Origin: Candidatus Latescibacterota bacterium
GTDB lineage: Bacteria; Latescibacterota; UBA2968; UBA8231
DNA: 64,000 nt
Assembly: GCA_965206595.1 (NCBI GenBank)
Contig: OZ242214.1
Span: forward strand, 4,640,001 to 4,704,000
Reading direction: 5' to 3'
The notes beneath the pieces were generated by a model. It was given only the letters and a program-made list of their open reading frames with translations. It was not told the origin of the DNA and did no database searches. Position 1 is the first letter of the stretch; every line of letters begins with the position of its first letter. The position numbers were made by a program, and so were the translations under genes. Shown in pieces: positions 22,121 to 35,026 of the stretch.

Positions 22121-23647
22121 ATGCCCGCAGAGGCAATGGTGCAACCTGACGAGATATCCCGGATACTCAAGCAGCAGCTGTCGGGATTCGAAAAGGAAAT
22201 AGATGTTTACGAAACCGGGACGGTCCTGTACGTCGGGGACGGGATCGCGCGCGTGCATGGATTGTCCAACGTGCGCGCTACCGAACTCGTGGAGTTCCCG
22301 CACGGCATCATGGGCATGGCGCTAAACCTCGAGGAGGACAACGTCGGCTGCGTGCTCTTCGGCGACGACACCCTGATCAGCGAAGGGGACCAGGTGAAGC
22401 GCACCGGACGCATTGTCGAGGTGCCGGTGGGGGAAGAGCTGCTCGGGAGAGTCGTCAACCCCTTGGGGCAGCCGATCGACGGCAAGGGAGAGGTCAACGC
22501 CGGCCGTACGCTTCCCGTCGAGCGCAAGGCCCCCGGGGTCATCGAACGCCAGCCCGTCCACGAGGCCCTGCAGACCGGTATCAAGATCATCGATGCGACG
22601 GTTCCGATCGGCCGCGGACAGCGCGAGCTCATCATCGGGGATCGCCAGACCGGAAAAACGGCGATCGCCGTGGATACGATCATCAACCAGCACGACCAAG
22701 ACGTGAAGTGCATCTACGTCGCCATCGGGCAGAAGGCGTCGACGGTAGCGAAGGTCGTCGCCGAACTCGAGGCCAACGGAGCCATGGAATACACCGTCGT
22801 GGTGTCGGCGACGGCCTCGGACCCGGCGCCGCTGCAGTTCCTGGCTCCGTACGCCGGGGCCTCGATGGGGGAGTATTTCCGAGACAATGGGCAGCATGCC
22901 CTGATCATCTACGACGATCTCTCGAAACAGGCGTGGGCGTATCGAGAGATGTCTCTCATTCTGCGGCGCCCACCGGGCCGCGAAGCCTACCCGGGCGACG
23001 TCTTCTATCTGCACTCGCGGCTGCTTGAGCGCGCCGCGAAAATGAGCGATGAAAAGGGGGGCGGCTCCCTGACGGCGCTTCCGGTGATCGAGATTCTCGA
23101 GGGGGACGTTTCGACTTTCGTGCCGACAAACGTCATCTCGATCACTGACGGCCAGATCCTGCTCAAACCGGAGCTGTTCTACAGCGGCAACAGGCCGGCC
23201 ATGGATGTCGGCGCCTCGGTGTCGCGCGTCGGCAGCGACGCCCAGACTAAGGCGATGAAGGCGGTTGCGCGCTCGATCAAGGGGGACATCTCGCGATACA
23301 ACGAGGTGAAAGCGTTCGCCCAGTTCGGGACCTCTGATCTCGACCAGTCGACGCGGAACCTGCTCAACCGCGGCGAGAAGCTCATGGAGATCCTCAAACA
23401 GGGGCAGTACTCGCCGCAATCCCTCGAAGAGGAGACCGTGGCCCTGTCCGCCATCGATCACGTGCTCGATCTGCCGACCGCCGACGTGATGCGCTTCGAG
23501 CAGGAGCTGCTCGCCCACATGCGCGACCGCCAGCCAGACCTGATGCGGGAAATCGGGGAAAGCCGCGATCTCGAGGACGAGACGAAGGAAAAGCTCGCCG
23601 CGGCCATCGAGGAATTCAAACGCGGCTTTCGCCCCTCGGAGGGCTGA
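22121..23647 (+). CDS. atpA: F1 subunit alpha
   Basis: [31 protein letters not shown]; SD AGGAGG. Confidence 0.98.
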   Translation: MPAEAMVQPDEISRILKQQLSGFEKEIDVYETGTVLYVGDGIARVHGLSNVRATELVEFPHGIMGMALNLEEDNVGCVLFGDDTLISEGDQVKRTGRIVEVPVGEELLGRVVNPLGQPIDGKGEVNAGRTLPVERKAPGVIERQPVHEALQTGIKIIDATVPIGRGQRELIIGDRQTGKTAIAVDTIINQHDQDVKCIYVAIGQKASTVAKVVAELEANGAMEYTVVVSATASDPAPLQFLAPYAGASMGEYFRDNGQHALIIYDDLSKQAWAYREMSLILRRPPGREAYPGDVFYLHSRLLERAAKMSDEKGGGSLTALPVIEILEGDVSTFVPTNVISITDGQILLKPELFYSGNRPAMDVGASVSRVGSDAQTKAMKAVARSIKGDISRYNEVKAFAQFGTSDLDQSTRNLLNRGEKLMEILKQGQYSPQSLEEETVALSAIDHVLDLPTADVMRFEQELLAHMRDRQPDLMREIGESRDLEDETKEKLAAAIEEFKRGFRPSEG

Positions 23648-23663
23648 GGGCGGAGACTGATCG

Positions 23664-25992
<2,329 letters not shown>

Positions 25993-26012
25993 TGAGCGAG
26001 GCGAGCTCCGGC

Positions 26013-26414
26013 ATGGCTGCCTACCAGTTGGAAATCGTCACTCCGTCCGGGACCGCCTACTCCGGTTCCGTGGAGAGCTTGCAGGCTCCCGGAAGTCAGG
26101 GCTCGTTCGGCGTGCTCGCGCGGCACGCCCCGATGATCGCCGGGATGACGACCGGCCCCCTCGCCTTCACGGAAGCAGGGGCCGAGGGGCGAGTCATGGC
26201 CTGCAGCGGCGGCTTCGTCGAGGTGCTCGGCGACCGGGTCACGGTGCTCGCTGAGGCCGCGGAATTCGGTGACGGGATTGATCTCGCCCGCGCCGAGGCA
26301 GCACGCGACCGCGCCCGTCAGAGACTCGCCCAAAAGAGAGATGTGGATCGGGTTCGGGCGGAGGCAGCCCTTGTGCGAGCCCTTGTCCGAATCCAGATCG
26401 CCGGCGGGGCCTGA
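26013..26414 (+). CDS. atpC: F1 subunit epsilon
   Basis: LEIVTP, GVLARHAP, SGGFVEV; alternative GTG start at 25992. Confidence 0.94.
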   Translation: MAAYQLEIVTPSGTAYSGSVESLQAPGSQGSFGVLARHAPMIAGMTTGPLAFTEAGAEGRVMACSGGFVEVLGDRVTVLAEAAEFGDGIDLARAEAARDRARQRLAQKRDVDRVRAEAALVRALVRIQIAGGA

Positions 26415-26415
26415 A

Positions 26416-27474
26416 ATGCCCGGTTCGAAGCTGTCCCCGGAACTGCAGGATTTTCTGCGGCGTCACGTGCCTCTTATAGAAGAGGAGATGTTCTCCTTCC
26501 TGCCAGTGCAGGAGCCGGAGGAGTTCATGTACCGTCCGATGCGCGACTACCCCGAACGCGGGGGAAAGCGCCTGCGGCCGACCCTGGTCCTGCTCGCCTG
26601 CGACGCTCTGGGCGGCGACCTGCACAAAGCGGTCCGCACCGCCTCGGCGTTCGAGATGTTCCAGTCCTTCGCCGTCATCCACGACGACATCGAGGACGAC
26701 TCGGAGTTCCGCCGGGGAAAGCCGTGCATCCACAAGCTCTACGGCATTCCCTTGAGCATCAACGTAGGCGATGCCCTCTACGCGAAGGTGTTCGAGATCC
26801 TGTGCGCGAATCGCAACCTCCTGGGCTGCCAGAAAAGCATGGAGCTGATCGACGAAATGATCCGCGGGTCCAAGCAGACCTTCGAGGGCCAGGCGTACGA
26901 CATCGGCTGGATCCGCAAGCAGCATATCCCCACGGAAGAAGAGTTCATGGTTATGGTGACGAAGAAGACGGGATGGTACACCGGCCGGGGACCCTGCACC
27001 GCGGGAGCGATCGTTGCCGGCGCCGGGGATCGCGAGCTCCGTCAGATAGGGGATTTCGGCGAAGCGATGGCAATCGCCTTTCAGATCAGGGACGACGTCC
27101 TCAATCTGCTGAGCCCGGCGCAGGACGAAGAAGAAGCACCCGGATTGACTTCGGGCGGTTACGGCAAGGAGCGCGGAGGCGACATCGCCGAGGGCAAACG
27201 CACCCTGCTGGTTATCGACCTGCTGCGCAATTGCACCGCAGAGGAGCACGCCGAGGTCCTCGAGATCCTCAGCCTGCACCGCGACCTGACCACGCAGGAC
27301 CAGATCGAGCGGGTCATCGGTCTCATCGAGTCGTACGGTTCGCTGCAGTACGCCGACGAGGTCGCTACTCGAAAAGCGGACGAGGCGCTGGCCCTGCTGG
27401 AACGGACCCAGCCAAGCGCAGCCCGAGATCTCCTGAAGGAGATGCTGGAGTTTTTCGTCCAGCGCGCTTTCTAG
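26416..27474 (+). CDS. Polyprenyl diphosphate synthase (short-chain, GGPP-type signature)
   Basis: GGKRLRP, first Asp-rich motif FAVIHDDIED...RRGKP, second motif FQIRDDVLN, DIAEGK; starts 1 nt after atpC. Confidence 0.92.
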   Translation: MPGSKLSPELQDFLRRHVPLIEEEMFSFLPVQEPEEFMYRPMRDYPERGGKRLRPTLVLLACDALGGDLHKAVRTASAFEMFQSFAVIHDDIEDDSEFRRGKPCIHKLYGIPLSINVGDALYAKVFEILCANRNLLGCQKSMELIDEMIRGSKQTFEGQAYDIGWIRKQHIPTEEEFMVMVTKKTGWYTGRGPCTAGAIVAGAGDRELRQIGDFGEAMAIAFQIRDDVLNLLSPAQDEEEAPGLTSGGYGKERGGDIAEGKRTLLVIDLLRNCTAEEHAEVLEILSLHRDLTTQDQIERVIGLIESYGSLQYADEVATRKADEALALLERTQPSAARDLLKEMLEFFVQRAF

Positions 27475-28108
27475 CCATGGGCCGGGCCGGCGCCAGCTGG
27501 CCGATCACTTCCTCCGCCAGGGGACGAAGATTGCGCTGCAACCTGCTTCGCCCCCGGTTGACCCGCGACTTCACCGTGCCCACGGGACATTCGATGATCT
27601 TGGCGATCTCTTCGTACGAGAGGCCATTCATGTCCCGGAGCAAAACAGCGTCACGGAACTCGTCCGGCAGGGTCTGAATGGCCGTCTCCACGGACTGGTG
27701 GACGGTGTTGGTGTCGGTCACTTCACCAGGCAGGGCCTCGCCATCCACCGGCTCGAAAAACGGGGTGCGCTCCTCATTTTCCGAGGGACCTGTGGGCACC
27801 CAGTGCCAACGCTTGCGGCGTCTGAGCTCGGTCTTGGCCAGATTGCCGGCGATGGTGTACAACCAGGTCGACACCTGCTCGATGACGGGGAACTGCTTGC
27901 GGTGGCGCAGGCATCTCAGAAAGGTTTCCTGAACGATGTCCTCCGATGTTTCCCGGTCACCGACGAAGCGATTTACGAAGTTGTGCAAAGGGACGCGGTA
28001 GCGGCGCACCAGAATCGCCAGGGCGCTCGAGTCCTTCACCGCGGCCATCAGCACCGCCTTGTCGGATAGTTCTTCGGTTCGATCCTGGTCCACGGTGTTT
28101 GCTTTCAT
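27365..28108 (-). CDS. ECF (sigma24-type) RNA polymerase sigma factor
   Basis: EDIVQETF, STWLYTIAGN, GLSYEEIA...GTVKSRVNRGR; SD GGGGAAG before MKANTV. Confidence 0.9.
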   Translation of the reverse strand: MKANTVDQDRTEELSDKAVLMAAVKDSSALAILVRRYRVPLHNFVNRFVGDRETSEDIVQETFLRCLRHRKQFPVIEQVSTWLYTIAGNLAKTELRRRKRWHWVPTGPSENEERTPFFEPVDGEALPGEVTDTNTVHQSVETAIQTLPDEFRDAVLLRDMNGLSYEEIAKIIECPVGTVKSRVNRGRSRLQRNLRPLAEEVIGQLAPARPMARKRAGRKTPASPSGDLGLRLAGSVPAGPAPRPLFE

Positions 28109-28169
28109 CGCTGCTTCCCCCTTTGTCTGCCGCCGCGAATCCGGTTTCGGGGTGGCTCTAAGAAGAGCA

Positions 28170-28185
28170 AGCAATCGCCGTACCA
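28170..28185 (-). promoter_or_regulatory. sigma54 (-24/-12) promoter of the ECF sigma gene
   Basis: Minus strand TGGTACGGCGATTGCT, GG-N10-GC, 61 nt before the ATG. Confidence 0.7.
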
Positions 28186-28855
28186 TTTTCACCGGGATGG
28201 AACACAGGCCCCGTGATTGTCCCCGCATTGCCAGGCGAACACGCGCAAAGCGACCTTTTTCCGGCCCTTCGGGATCTTTCGGGGTTTGCCTGGTGGCGAG
28301 GGTGGGCGGGTAGTCGAATTTCCCTCTGATCCCGCTCGTGAAAGCGCCCGATTCCGGAGATTTCACAAGCTGTTCCCAATGAGCTGTTCGTCACCCCGCC
28401 TGCTGCAGACCGTCGGTCCGGATTTTCGTTTTGGGATCTGTCGGGAATCACGCCAAAGGAGGCGAAACCTCCCGGACTGCCCGTGGTTTTGCCGCAGATC
28501 AACTCAGTAATCTGAGGCTCCTCAACAATCTGATGCCCACAGACGCATTGCGCTTGAACTCCGACCGCTTCGTTTTGACGGCTTCTCCGGTTTGCGCCTA
28601 TCCTTCCCGAATCGCTGATCAAAACAACCCGCTGAAAAAGCCGTCCGGGCTGAGCCCGGTCCGGACGGCCGCGAATCCTCCGGGTTTGTGTCGGGGGCGG
28701 CTTGGCAGTTCCCTGACACTAGGAAGAGCGTTCCGCAGCCGGCGTTGCGCTCCCTCCCCGAATTCCCTGCGCATCCGACTCGGTCGCACGCCTCGTTTTG
28801 GGCTACCATGAATCGGCCTCGCCTGCAGAGCAACTGTCAATGAGCTGAAAAGGGA

Positions 28856-29620
28856 GTGCGCGTGGAAGAATCGCAGGACAGACTGGAAGAATTTTGCGCT
28901 GCCCACGGCATCGAGCGCTTTTCGCCGGCGGAGATCATCGAGCTCCTGGAGGATGGCGAGGAGGTCGGCTGGATCGTCGAGCAGGTTGCCGCAGGTGCGG
29001 ATGCCTCCGGCCAGTTGGCGAGCCTACTGACGGAAATCGCCGCGGAGACGGCCCCCTCTACGGAAGCGATGGCTCCTTTTTCGGAGGTGGAGTCCTCCGA
29101 TCTCGAGGAGGTGGGCTCTTCGGGGCGAGAGGCTGCCGCAGCGGCCGAGGCTTGGGATGAAGCTGCGACAGCCCCGGCGGATGAACCCGGAGCGCCCCCG
29201 ATGCCGGCCGCAACCGCAGGCGATCTTCAAGCCGGGAGTCTTTCCGATCTCGATGCTCTGAAGGATATCGAACTGCCGGAAGGCATCGACCGGGGGCAGG
29301 TCGAGCAGTTGCTCTCCTCTCCGCAAGGGGCCTTGCTGGCCGATTTCGGACTGTTTTGTCAGGAGAAGGGGGTTTCCCCGGATGAAGCCGCGGCGATGGG
29401 GAAGAAGGAGGGAGGACCAATGGCAGAGCTGCGCGAGGAATGGCTCACAACGCCGCGCGCATCGCTCGACGGGCGCAGGCCTGCCGATCTGCTTGAGGAA
29501 GGTGGGATGTTCGGCAAGGTCGGGACCTACCGGCGCGAAGTTCCGAAAATCGGCCGCAACGACCCGTGTCCGTGCGAAAGCGGGAAGAAATACAAGAGAT
29601 GTTGCGGCAAGGGAGAATAG
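28856..29620 (+). CDS. Acidic SEC-C motif protein
   Basis: C-terminal [21 protein letters not shown]; also [14 protein letters not shown]. Confidence 0.8.
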   Translation: MRVEESQDRLEEFCAAHGIERFSPAEIIELLEDGEEVGWIVEQVAAGADASGQLASLLTEIAAETAPSTEAMAPFSEVESSDLEEVGSSGREAAAAAEAWDEAATAPADEPGAPPMPAATAGDLQAGSLSDLDALKDIELPEGIDRGQVEQLLSSPQGALLADFGLFCQEKGVSPDEAAAMGKKEGGPMAELREEWLTTPRASLDGRRPADLLEEGGMFGKVGTYRREVPKIGRNDPCPCESGKKYKRCCGKGE

Positions 29621-29624
29621 AGGG

Positions 29625-30170
29625 ATGAAACTGCGGCCCTCCGATAAGATAGACGGGGTGGCCATCGCGGAGCTGGAGGCGTTCGGGGACGAGCGGGGTT
29701 GGTTCGCGGAATCCTTCCGCAGCGAGTGGTTTCCGGACATCTTCTGGGCCCAGCTCCAGTGCAACCGTTCCGAATCCAGGGCGGGAACCGTGCGGGGGCT
29801 GCATTACCATCACCTGCAAGTCGACTACTGGCAGTGCCTCGCCGGAAGCCTGCGCGTCGGCCTCTACGACCTGCGGCGCTCCTCTCCCACCCGCGGACGG
29901 GGCGAGATTCTGCATCTTGATCATCGGCAGCCGCAGGGGCTGTTCATTCCCTCCGGCGTGGCGCACGGCTTCCTGGCCCTGGCCGACGTCACCCTGACCT
30001 ACGTGGTCAACCGCTACTACGACGACGGCGCCGACGAGTTCTCCCTCGCCTGGGACGACCCGGACCTGGGGTTTGCGTGGGACGTGGGGGAAGCGGAGGT
30101 CATCGTCTCGCCACGGGATGAAGCCAGCCCGCGGCTCGGTCAGCTCGAAGAGGCGGACCTGCCGGAGTAG
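29625..30170 (+). CDS. rmlC: dTDP-4-dehydrorhamnose 3,5-epimerase family protein
   Basis: DERGWFAESFR, VRGLHYH, DLRRSSPT, IPSGVAHGF, WDDPDL. Confidence 0.88.
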   Translation: MKLRPSDKIDGVAIAELEAFGDERGWFAESFRSEWFPDIFWAQLQCNRSESRAGTVRGLHYHHLQVDYWQCLAGSLRVGLYDLRRSSPTRGRGEILHLDHRQPQGLFIPSGVAHGFLALADVTLTYVVNRYYDDGADEFSLAWDDPDLGFAWDVGEAEVIVSPRDEASPRLGQLEEADLPE

Positions 30171-30180
30171 GGGATTCGAA

Positions 30181-31059
30181 GTGGTGGAGCGCAACGACAG
30201 CTGCCGGGCAAACCTGATCGAGCAACTGATCGGTCGCCATGCCCTGCGCATAGCCCCTGCCGGAGAGGTGTACTGGTACACCTCGGGCACCGTTGGACCG
30301 TACTACATAAACACCCATTACCTGTTCGGCGGACCTGATAAAGCCGGGGAGCTTCTGGCCTTCATCGACGCCGAGAAGGAGAACGTCGATCGCTTCCTCC
30401 CGGAGCTGTCCGCTCGATGCCGCGACATGTACGGCAGCGACCCGGTCTACGAGAACGTGGTCGACTGTCTCGCCGCGACTCTGAGGCCGAAGAGGGCATC
30501 GTTGGCGATGATTTCCGGTGGCGAGCGCCGCGACTGGTTTTTCTCGGTTGCGGTCGCGCATCAGCTCGACCTGCCCCATCTCTACCTCTACAAGGACCAG
30601 CGGGGGTTTCTTGTCGGGAACGGAGCTGCGGTCGAGGCGAGGGACCTTGCCGGAAAACGCTCCGCTCATGTCGCCGACCTGGTCACCGAGGCGTCGAGCT
30701 ACTGCAATGCTTGGGTGCCGGCGCTGCGCAGCCGCGGGGGGTATCTCGCCTGCGCAGCGAACGTCATCGACCGCGCCCAGGGAGGCGCGGAGGTTCTGAA
30801 ATCACTCGGGGTCGAGGCCTGGAGCCTGCTGCGGGTGGACGAAGAGCTGTTCGCCGAGATGCTGCGGAAGAACCTGATCGATGCGGATCAGAAGTCTGCC
30901 CTGGAGGCCTACTGCCGCGACCCCCACGGGGCGATGCGCCGCTTCCTCGAGAGCCATCCCCGGTTTCTGGAGGCGGCCCTGGACAGCGACGATCCCCGCA
31001 CCTCGGAACGGGCCAGGCTGCTGGTGAAGCAGGACATCTACGGGCTCCACTCCTCCTGA
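30181..31059 (+). CDS. Type I phosphoribosyltransferase, orotate PRTase-like
   Basis: YTSGTVGPYYIN, PRPP loop HVADLVTEASS, VIDRAQGG. Confidence 0.75.
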   Translation: MVERNDSCRANLIEQLIGRHALRIAPAGEVYWYTSGTVGPYYINTHYLFGGPDKAGELLAFIDAEKENVDRFLPELSARCRDMYGSDPVYENVVDCLAATLRPKRASLAMISGGERRDWFFSVAVAHQLDLPHLYLYKDQRGFLVGNGAAVEARDLAGKRSAHVADLVTEASSYCNAWVPALRSRGGYLACAANVIDRAQGGAEVLKSLGVEAWSLLRVDEELFAEMLRKNLIDADQKSALEAYCRDPHGAMRRFLESHPRFLEAALDSDDPRTSERARLLVKQDIYGLHSS

Positions 31060-31076
31060 GGACGCCGCGCGGGCTT

Positions 31077-34000
31077 TCAGCCCGCGGCCTCTCCGAGAGC
31101 TTCCGGTTCCATCTGCACAGACACCATCTGCGAGACACCCTCCTCCAGCATGGTAACGCCGTGGAGGGTGTTGGCCGCCGACATGCTGAGCTTGTTGTGG
31201 GTCACCAGGATGAATTGCGTCGACTCGGCGAACTCACTGACCACGCGGATGAAGCGGCCGATGTTGACGTCGTCGAGGGGGGCGTCGACCTCGTCGAGGA
31301 TACACCACGGACTCGGCTTCACCTGGTAGATGGCGAACAGCAGGGCGATCGCGGTCAGGGCGCGCTCGCCACCCGACAGCAGGGCGATGCTCTGCAGGCG
31401 TTTTCCCCGCGGGCGGGCGGTGATTTCGATGGCCGCTTCGAGCGCGTCGACGTCAGGCTCGAGTGCGAGATCGGCTTCGCCTCCTGGAAAAAAGCGGCTG
31501 AAGGTCTCCTTGAACTTTCCGCGGATCTCCTCGAAGGTCTCGCGGAACATGCGGCGCGCAGTGCGGTCGATCAGCTGCAGAGTCTTGCGCAGGTCTGCGG
31601 CGGCGGCAAGCAGATCGTCGCGGTGTTGAACGAGGAAATCGTAGCGCTCCCGCTGCTGCTCGTACTCCTCGATGACCCCGACGTGTACCGCGCCAAGGCG
31701 CTCCAGTGAACGCCTCACCTGTTCGAGCCGCTCCTCGGTCGCCTGCGGATCGAACTCCTCCTCGACGACGGGTCCCTGCGGCTCGACCTCGACCTTCACC
31801 TCTTCCCGGAGTCGCTGGCGAATGCGCTCGGCGTCGTTCTGCAGCTCCGCGAGCCGGAGTTCGAGCTCGTGGCGCCGCTCTCGCTCCGCGGAAAGCGCTC
31901 TTTGCAGTTTGCCTATTACCCCTTCCAAGTCGCGGGAGCGGGTGACGACATCCTGCCAGGCCAGCTGGCTCTCGTCGCGGTTTCCGGCAAGCTGCTCGCG
32001 CTGCTGGTGCAGGCGGCGGATTTCCACCTCTGACCGCTCTTCGGTGGCCAGCAGTTGGTCGCAGTCCGAACTGGCCTGTTCAATCTCGGCGGTCAGCCGC
32101 TCGATTTCCCGGTTGTGGCTCTGGCCGATCTGGTCGAGCCTGAGCCCATCTTTGCGCAGGCTGTCCACCTGCTCGACGGCGCGAGCGCGTTCGACGCGCA
32201 AGGCTCCAAGTGTCTCGGAGGCGCCGCGGCGGTCTGCTTCCGCGGCTCGCATGTTTTCTTCGGCCTCCTGGATACCGGCCTCCGACTCGGAGACATCCGC
32301 ACCCAGTTCGCCAAGGCGGTCCCGTTCGGAAGCCAGCGTCGAAGCGAGGCTGGCAAACTGCCCGGCCAGCGATGCTGAGGTTTCCTCGACCTCGGACTTC
32401 CGCGCTGCGGTCCGTTCGTTCTCCGCTCCGATCTCCTGGAGTCGCAGTTCACATCTGCGGACCTCTCCCGTCGATTCGCTTGCGAGAGCCCCGAGCTCCG
32501 TGGTGTAGCGGATCAGGACCTCACGCCGCGACTCGGCCGCCGAGCGGGCCAACTCGGCGCCGGCGAGCCTGGCCCTGTCGCGGGCAATCTCCCGGCGCAG
32601 GCGGTCGATTTCAGCGCCGCGGCCGAGGAGCCCATAATCATTATCTGTGGAGGTGCGGCCACCTTTAAGGCAGCCGAAACAATCGATCCCTTCGCCAGCG
32701 GCAGTCACCAGCCGGACAGGTTGTGACATCCCGGGCAAAGCCGAAAAAGCCGGGGAGTCGATCCGGTCGATCAGGAAGGTGTTGTGCAGCAGGCGATCGA
32801 CCAGCGGCCGGATTTCCTTCCCGGCGCGCACATGAGCTGACAGCGGGCCGAGAACACCGGGAAGATTCTCCACGACGACCGCGGGAGAGGGCGGGAAGCT
32901 CCAGTTCAGGGGAAACACCCCGGCTCGCCCGGCGCCGTCGCGCAGGCGGCGGATCGCTTCCAAGGCCAAATCCTCGCTGTCGGCCACCAGCGCGTGCAGG
33001 GCATCTCCAAGGGCGGTCTCAACGGCCTGGTAGTACTCGGGTTCTACCTCGATGAGATCGGCAAGCACCCCCCGGAAGAGCTCGCGTGCCTCCAGATCCA
33101 GCATGAGGCTCCGCACACCCTGGGAGTACCCCTCGTACCCGGATCTGACTGTCTCGAGTACTTGGAGGCGGGCTGCGTTCGCCTCCAGCGATCGCAGCGA
33201 GGCCGCTCGCTCTTCAACAGCCCGCCCCAGCTGCCCCTCGGCTTCCTTCAGGCGCTGCTGGGCGGCGGCGAAATCTCCCTCGACCACGTCCAGCCGCGTT
33301 TCCAGCTCCGCCTGCTCCTGCTGCGCTGCGGCCAAAGGCTGCGCCTGCCCCTTCAAGGCTGCGCCCAGTTGGGTCTGTTCCGAGGTGAGTTGCCCCCGGG
33401 TCCGTTCCAGCCCCGCGGCTTCCGCCTGCAGCCTCTCGACGGTGCGGCCGCATTCCTCCCTGACACTCAGGGCGGCGCGAAGCCGCACGTTGGCTGCTTC
33501 TAGGGCGCTCTGCCGGCGTTGCCAGACAGCTTCCGCGCCGGCCAACGCCTCTTCCTGGGAGCGCAGCCGGCCTGCATCCGAGCGCAGCCTGCCTTCCGCA
33601 TCCGCGCGCGCGCGGAGGGTCTTCTCACGCTGCTGCCGGGAGGAGTCCAGTTGCTCCTGCTGCCGGTCACGCTCTGCGGCGGATCGTTCGATGAACTGTT
33701 CCCGCGCCCCCCGGCGCTCCCGCACCGCGACCAGGGTTCGCTCTCGCTCGTGCAGCTGCTCGACGCATCGCGTCAGCTCCACCCCCACGACCTGGAGGGT
33801 TTTCTCGGCGGTGGACACAGCGAGCCTGCGCTTCTCCAGCTCGGCTTCCTGCGCGGTAAGCTCGGTGAGTCCCGAAACCGCTTTCTTCGACAGCTCGTCG
33901 AACTCTTGCCGCAGCGGCTTCAACTGTTCCTGGATCTCGAAGAAACGGTGGCGGCCGAACAGCAGCTCGAGTTGTTCCCATTCCTGGCGCAGGGTCTGGT

Positions 34001-34643
34001 ACCGCTTGGCGCGGCCGACCTGACGGCCAAGGTAGTCGACCTGCCGCTTGACCTCGCCGATGAGATCATCGAGCCGGGTAAGGTCAGCCTGCGTCGATTC
34101 CAGCTTGTTCCAGGTCGAGCGCCTGCGGGCTTTGTATTTCGTAATCCCGGCGGCCTCCTCGAGAATGCGCCTCCTGTTTTCGGTGCGTTCGCTGATGATC
34201 TCGTCCACCATTCCCTGCTCCATCACCGAGTAAGCGCCCGGACCAAGGCCGGTGTCCATAAGCAGGTTCTGGATGTCGAGGAGCCGGCAGGGAACCTTGT
34301 TCAGTAGGTAGTCGCTTTCGCCGGAACGGAACAACCGGCGCGTCACCGTAACCTCGCTGAATTCGATCGGCAGGGAGTGGCTCGAGTTGTCGATCGTCAG
34401 CGATACTTCCGACATCCCGAGCGGCTTGCGATGGCGCGTCCCGCTGAAGATCACGTCTTCCATTCGGTGGCCGCGAACCGCTCCGGCCCGCTGCTCCCCG
34501 AGAACCCACCGGATCGCCTCGACAATGTTCGACTTGCCGCAGCCGTTGGGGCCGACGATGGAGGTGATCCCACTGCCAAAGGGGATCTCAACCTTGGTCA
34601 GGAACGACTTGAAGCCGAAAATTTCGACATTCGTCAGCCGCAC
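31077..34643 (-). CDS. smc: Chromosome segregation protein SMC
   Basis: GFKSF, GPNGCGKSN, long coiled coils with a hinge, LSGGE, ILDEVDAPLD. Confidence 0.97.
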   Translation of the reverse strand: MRLTNVEIFGFKSFLTKVEIPFGSGITSIVGPNGCGKSNIVEAIRWVLGEQRAGAVRGHRMEDVIFSGTRHRKPLGMSEVSLTIDNSSHSLPIEFSEVTVTRRLFRSGESDYLLNKVPCRLLDIQNLLMDTGLGPGAYSVMEQGMVDEIISERTENRRRILEEAAGITKYKARRRSTWNKLESTQADLTRLDDLIGEVKRQVDYLGRQVGRAKRYQTLRQEWEQLELLFGRHRFFEIQEQLKPLRQEFDELSKKAVSGLTELTAQEAELEKRRLAVSTAEKTLQVVGVELTRCVEQLHERERTLVAVRERRGAREQFIERSAAERDRQQEQLDSSRQQREKTLRARADAEGRLRSDAGRLRSQEEALAGAEAVWQRRQSALEAANVRLRAALSVREECGRTVERLQAEAAGLERTRGQLTSEQTQLGAALKGQAQPLAAAQQEQAELETRLDVVEGDFAAAQQRLKEAEGQLGRAVEERAASLRSLEANAARLQVLETVRSGYEGYSQGVRSLMLDLEARELFRGVLADLIEVEPEYYQAVETALGDALHALVADSEDLALEAIRRLRDGAGRAGVFPLNWSFPPSPAVVVENLPGVLGPLSAHVRAGKEIRPLVDRLLHNTFLIDRIDSPAFSALPGMSQPVRLVTAAGEGIDCFGCLKGGRTSTDNDYGLLGRGAEIDRLRREIARDRARLAGAELARSAAESRREVLIRYTTELGALASESTGEVRRCELRLQEIGAENERTAARKSEVEETSASLAGQFASLASTLASERDRLGELGADVSESEAGIQEAEENMRAAEADRRGASETLGALRVERARAVEQVDSLRKDGLRLDQIGQSHNREIERLTAEIEQASSDCDQLLATEERSEVEIRRLHQQREQLAGNRDESQLAWQDVVTRSRDLEGVIGKLQRALSAERERRHELELRLAELQNDAERIRQRLREEVKVEVEPQGPVVEEEFDPQATEERLEQVRRSLERLGAVHVGVIEEYEQQRERYDFLVQHRDDLLAAAADLRKTLQLIDRTARRMFRETFEEIRGKFKETFSRFFPGGEADLALEPDVDALEAAIEITARPRGKRLQSIALLSGGERALTAIALLFAIYQVKPSPWCILDEVDAPLDDVNIGRFIRVVSEFAESTQFILVTHNKLSMSAANTLHGVTMLEEGVSQMVSVQMEPEALGEAAG

Positions 34644-35026
34644 CTATCGAACTCCTTTCTGCGTCGGCGATACGAGGCGCGGAAAGCCCCGCGGCGGCAG
34701 AGCTTTTCGGGATCGTCGGACGAGGTGGGTGATGAAAGAAATTATGCCGGCGAAACGTCTTGGGGAGAGAGCTCTGACAGTGGGGAAGAGAACGGGGGCA
34801 CTACTCGTTGTGGGTCGGACAACTGCACAACAATTGGTGCTGACAGTCGAGAATGATACCATATGTAGAAGTTCCGGTCAAGACATTGGCCGGCTGGGAG
34901 CGAAGCGAGCGGCGAGGTGGAGTTTAGTTTCTGCTTGCGTAAGTAAGCGGCAGGATTCACGCAGAATTGCGCGCAGGAAACAGGGCTGACCGAAGCTTGG
35001 ACCGGCGAGAGACATCGCCGCGTCCG

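Noticed and set aside
34644-35026. Replication origin in the lower-GC region upstream of smc
   Set aside because: No DnaA boxes (TTATCCACA) or AT-rich unwinding repeats seen.
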